Part shown: piece after piece, positions 60,272 to 64,000 of the stretch
Layout of the letters: every line of letters begins with the position of its first letter
Numbering within the stretch: the stretch's first letter is position 1
Assembly: GCA_051294375.1 (NCBI GenBank)
Contig: CM119268.1
Coordinates: forward strand, 16,707,181 to 16,771,180
Reading direction: 5' to 3'
Source: Paraspadella gotoi
Taxonomy: Eukaryota; Animalia; Chaetognatha
Length of the DNA stretch: 64,000 bases
Translations under genes and position numbers: made by a program
Notes under the pieces: generated by a model
What the model was told of the DNA's origin: nothing
Seen by the model: the letters and a program-made list of their open reading frames with translations, nothing else
Database searches by the model: none

Positions 60272-61928
60272 AGATAAGGCTCGAAAACTTTTTTTGTTCT
60301 CGCAAGAAAAAAAGATTTATGATCTTTTCGAGAAAAAAAAATTTCATTTTCAGTTGTTTTCGAGAGAAAGAATTCTTTTGGAATAAAAACAAAGAAAAAT
60401 ACTAACAAGTATAGACGTATCTACAAGGGTAACGATACCGTTTTTGACTGAGAAGTGAAATAAAAGGAAAAACTTTGTCATACATCGTGAATGTCTCCAT
60501 GACTTGAGGTTGCGTTTGAAAATGAAATTGCATGAAATTGGTACAAGCAATATGGAAATTATCCATTCATTTAATAAATAAGGTATCTTGCCCCTGACTT
60601 TGGACAGGCTTTGGTGGTTTAAGGCCACCATCACTTTTACATTACTCTTATATTCTTTAGGGTGATACAACATTTTTATAGTTAACTATATAGAAGAATA
60701 GATAAAATAATAATTATAAAGAGTAACGGAAAGTAATAATACAGTATTAGATAATAACATACTGCTAAGATACCTAAGTGATAATTCACCTGTCGGCAAT
60801 TGGCAATAGGCAATTTGTCTCACCATGCTGCGGGAAGTTATTACAATTCTCAGCACAAAATTTATGTAGATTCGGCAAACATTCACCTTGCAGATTTATT
60901 ATAAATTTAACGGGCAAAACTTTAACTGACAAATGATCAAATATAATCGGAAATTTCTTCGTGAAAAACAAATGATCAAACGGAAATCCTTCGTTAAACG
61001 ATTTTTAAGACAAACGAAAAAGATCGCAGACAGATTTAGCAAGCATCTTCGGATTTCAGAAATTTCTTAAAAGACAATGAACATCAAGATGTTCCCATCA
61101 ATATAATTAACAAATCTAATATTAGAGGTAATATTAGAACTTTTTTAAAAAACGAAATAACATTTACTAAGCGACCAACGCATCATACGCTATGAATCAT
61201 TCTAAACAAGGAAGGACGATTGGGATGTTGTTAGCGTTACAAAATTGTGTCCAAATTTACGAAATTAAAAAGCAGGCTTCTATTTTAAAGTCTTGAGAAA
61301 TTGTAATGGCTTCTAGTCAATAAAGAACGCGCAACACAATTTGCCGCCTTTTTATCTTCTCTTCTCCGCATGAAATGATGTATGTTGCCAAGTCTCCGTC
61401 TAAAACTGGACAAACGTCATCTCTCCACCTCTCTTCTTCTTCCTTCTCTCGCCGACTGTCTTTCTCTCTTTATTATTCTCGCCTTTGCCACTTTTACTCC
61501 CCTCCTTTCCTTCTCTACCCCCCATCGTCCTTTTATTATTACTCTCGATTTCTCCCTCCCTCCTCCTCATCCCTCCCTTTCTCCCTCCCTATCCTCTCTT
61601 TATAACTCTCTTTCCCTTCCCCTTTTCTTCCTTCCCTCCCCCCTCCCCTCCCTTTCTCTCTTTATTACTCTCGCTTTTCCCCTCCCTTCCTCCTCCCTGT
61701 CCCCTCTCTCCCTCCACCCTTCCTCTCTTTATTATTCTCGCTTTTTCTGAATTAAGACGAACAACTTCCCCGTTGAAAGACGACCAACAGAACAGCGCGT
61801 TGGAACGTGATAGTGGAAGCGAAATAAGTGCGAAGAGATAAATTAAAAAGCCATATCGCAGTTTTCTCGTTACCTCTCAGTGGTCTGGGGCCTTAAGGAA
61901 ATCATATGCGTTTTAATATATTAAGAAT

Positions 61929-61973
61929 TCACACTGATGAAAGTATAAAATTAAGACCGAAACATGTCTGTGA
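61929..61973 (+). ncRNA. Minimal type-I hammerhead ribozyme motif with degenerate stem II
   Basis: TCACA-CTGATGA-aagtataaaattaagacc-GAAA-CATG-TC-TGTGA: perfect 5-bp stem I, palindromic ACATGT stem III. Confidence 0.65.
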
Positions 61974-62260
61974 TTTTTTTCATTAGAAACTTCGTTGTGA
62001 AAACAAAGAAAACTTTTCTTATTTATTAAGAATTAATAGATTGATTAAAATAAAAATGATAGCCTTGGATTAACGTTAATTTTTAGTCACAATTAATTTC
62101 GTTTCTATTTTTCTCACTCACTTTTGGTTTGGGAAAGGATCTTTAAAACTATAACTCGTAAAGTAAAAGAATAGAATATGAAGGAGAGAGGTCAATCATT
62201 TCAGAATTTATAGGTATAATTAAAATTTTTGCTGATTCTCGTTTCCTTTGTTCCTGTTCT

Positions 62261-62306
<46 letters not shown>

Positions 62307-63022
62307 CCACTTTCTCTCCCTCACCTTTTCCTTTAAAAAATGTAGCAAGTATACTTTTTATGAATATAAATTTGCCCTTAAAGATGAATAATTAATTAGG
62401 CACGAACTATCAATTAATACTGAAAGTTATAGATGACCCTGGCGGCCCTTTTAGTAATAGTTTTATCATTCGCTTTCTTTTTAAGTTCCCAATCAATATT
62501 CACTTGTTCTCTCTTTCATTCGTCTCTTCATTGTAACTCAATTTCTTTTTTTTCTTACTTTAATTTTTTCATCAACACAATACTATTCCAAAATTCTTTT
62601 TTTTTAAACAAAATATTTTTTTCTTCTTTTTTTTGGGGGGGGTTTGAAAAGATAGGGTGTTGGTTAAAGGCAATCGACCTGATTCGTGCATTTTCAAACC
62701 TCCTTTCAATTTTCAAGACTGAATATTTAAATTAAGTTTGAAGAAAAAAAAGTTGAGAAGTTAGCAAAAAAAAATAGAACAGAAAGACAGCGACAATGAT
62801 AAAGAAAGAAAGATCGACCGAGAAGATAGAAAGAAGGATAGAAAAAGAAGAGAGCAAATCCAAAACGTAAACGCAAATAACCGACGGAGAAATGAAAAAG
62901 AGATCCAGTTTTCTTGATTCGTTTACGATTTTTTTTTTTCATTCTTATTTTTTTATTTTTTTATTTTTTTAAAAACGACGAATCCATTAGTTTTTTGAAA
63001 CAAAGAAAATGGCGGCCTCAAA

Positions 63023-63148
<126 letters not shown>

Positions 63149-63779
63149 TTCCCAAAAAGGAAAAAAGTCTTGTTTTGAACATTTATTACCGAGGGACTTT
63201 GGGTCCAAGGAAACAAAATCAGCGTGAAATGTTGAAAAAAAAACAAAAGCGAAAAATTTAGAAACGAAAATAATAATAAAAATGATAAAAAACTTATATT
63301 GAAAAGACGGCAAATCAGAGTCGACGTGACATGTGTTTTCACTGTCAGAGATATAGTATCACTTTCTATTATCGCAAATTGATATACACATGTTGAGGAT
63401 TTGTTTAAATAAAATATATTTAAAGGGATTATCAAAGTTATAGCTTTTAAAATGAGAAGACCAGAAAACAACTAATTATCTCCTGGTGTACATTAATAAA
63501 TTATGTATCGAAACCCGCATATTTTAACATTTTTTCCTTTAAATTACTTTGGTAAAAGATCCACCGTTTAACTGTCACAAAAAGAACGAATTTTTCGACA
63601 GACGAATCCTGGCGTCTCTTTTGATTTATGAACTACAAATGTATTTTTTAAGGAATGAGTCAGTTGAAAAATAGTTATACCGAGAGAGTGGAGAAACAAA
63701 GCGATTAACTTAATCTTAAGAGTAATATTTTGAGAAAACTAAACATGACAAGGAGATAGAAAATGGAGAAAGACCGTGT

Positions 63780-63847
<68 letters not shown>

Positions 63848-64000
63848 CTACTAGTTTGATTTAGATTCCTAAATAATGACTTTCATTTGAATAATTTGAT
63901 TTTTTCTTGCGGCAAAAGCTCATTTCCGTTGCTTCGACTCCAAGAAGCCGGCGAAAAGAGAAGGACTTTTACAGAAGCCATGTTATGAAACGCTTGAAGT

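Overview
Eukaryotic (invertebrate metazoan-like) genomic DNA with GC-rich exons, AT-rich introns, many (AG)n microsatellites and one 25-N scaffold gap. Nine intron-containing or single-exon protein genes can be supported: a clan-2-like cytochrome P450 (+), a striated-type myosin II heavy chain whose visible part stops after the first IQ motif (-), a neuronal calcium sensor (+), an Amt ammonium transporter with a degenerate pore (+), a RING/TRAF-zinc-finger E3 (+), a small KASH-tailed protein (-), a single-Ig membrane protein (-), ZUP1 (+) and a large NR1H (EcR/LXR-like) nuclear receptor (-). Non-coding highlights are a complete ~650-bp miniature LTR element (TRIM-like, with PBS and PPT) with highly structured LTRs and a diverged solo copy, two minimal type-I hammerhead ribozyme motifs in Penelope-like contexts, and a TTAGGG-bearing MITE. 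A 4-kb duplication across the N gap is most likely an assembly artefact. Exon coordinates were read by eye and may be off by a few bases; no database searches or folding programs were run.
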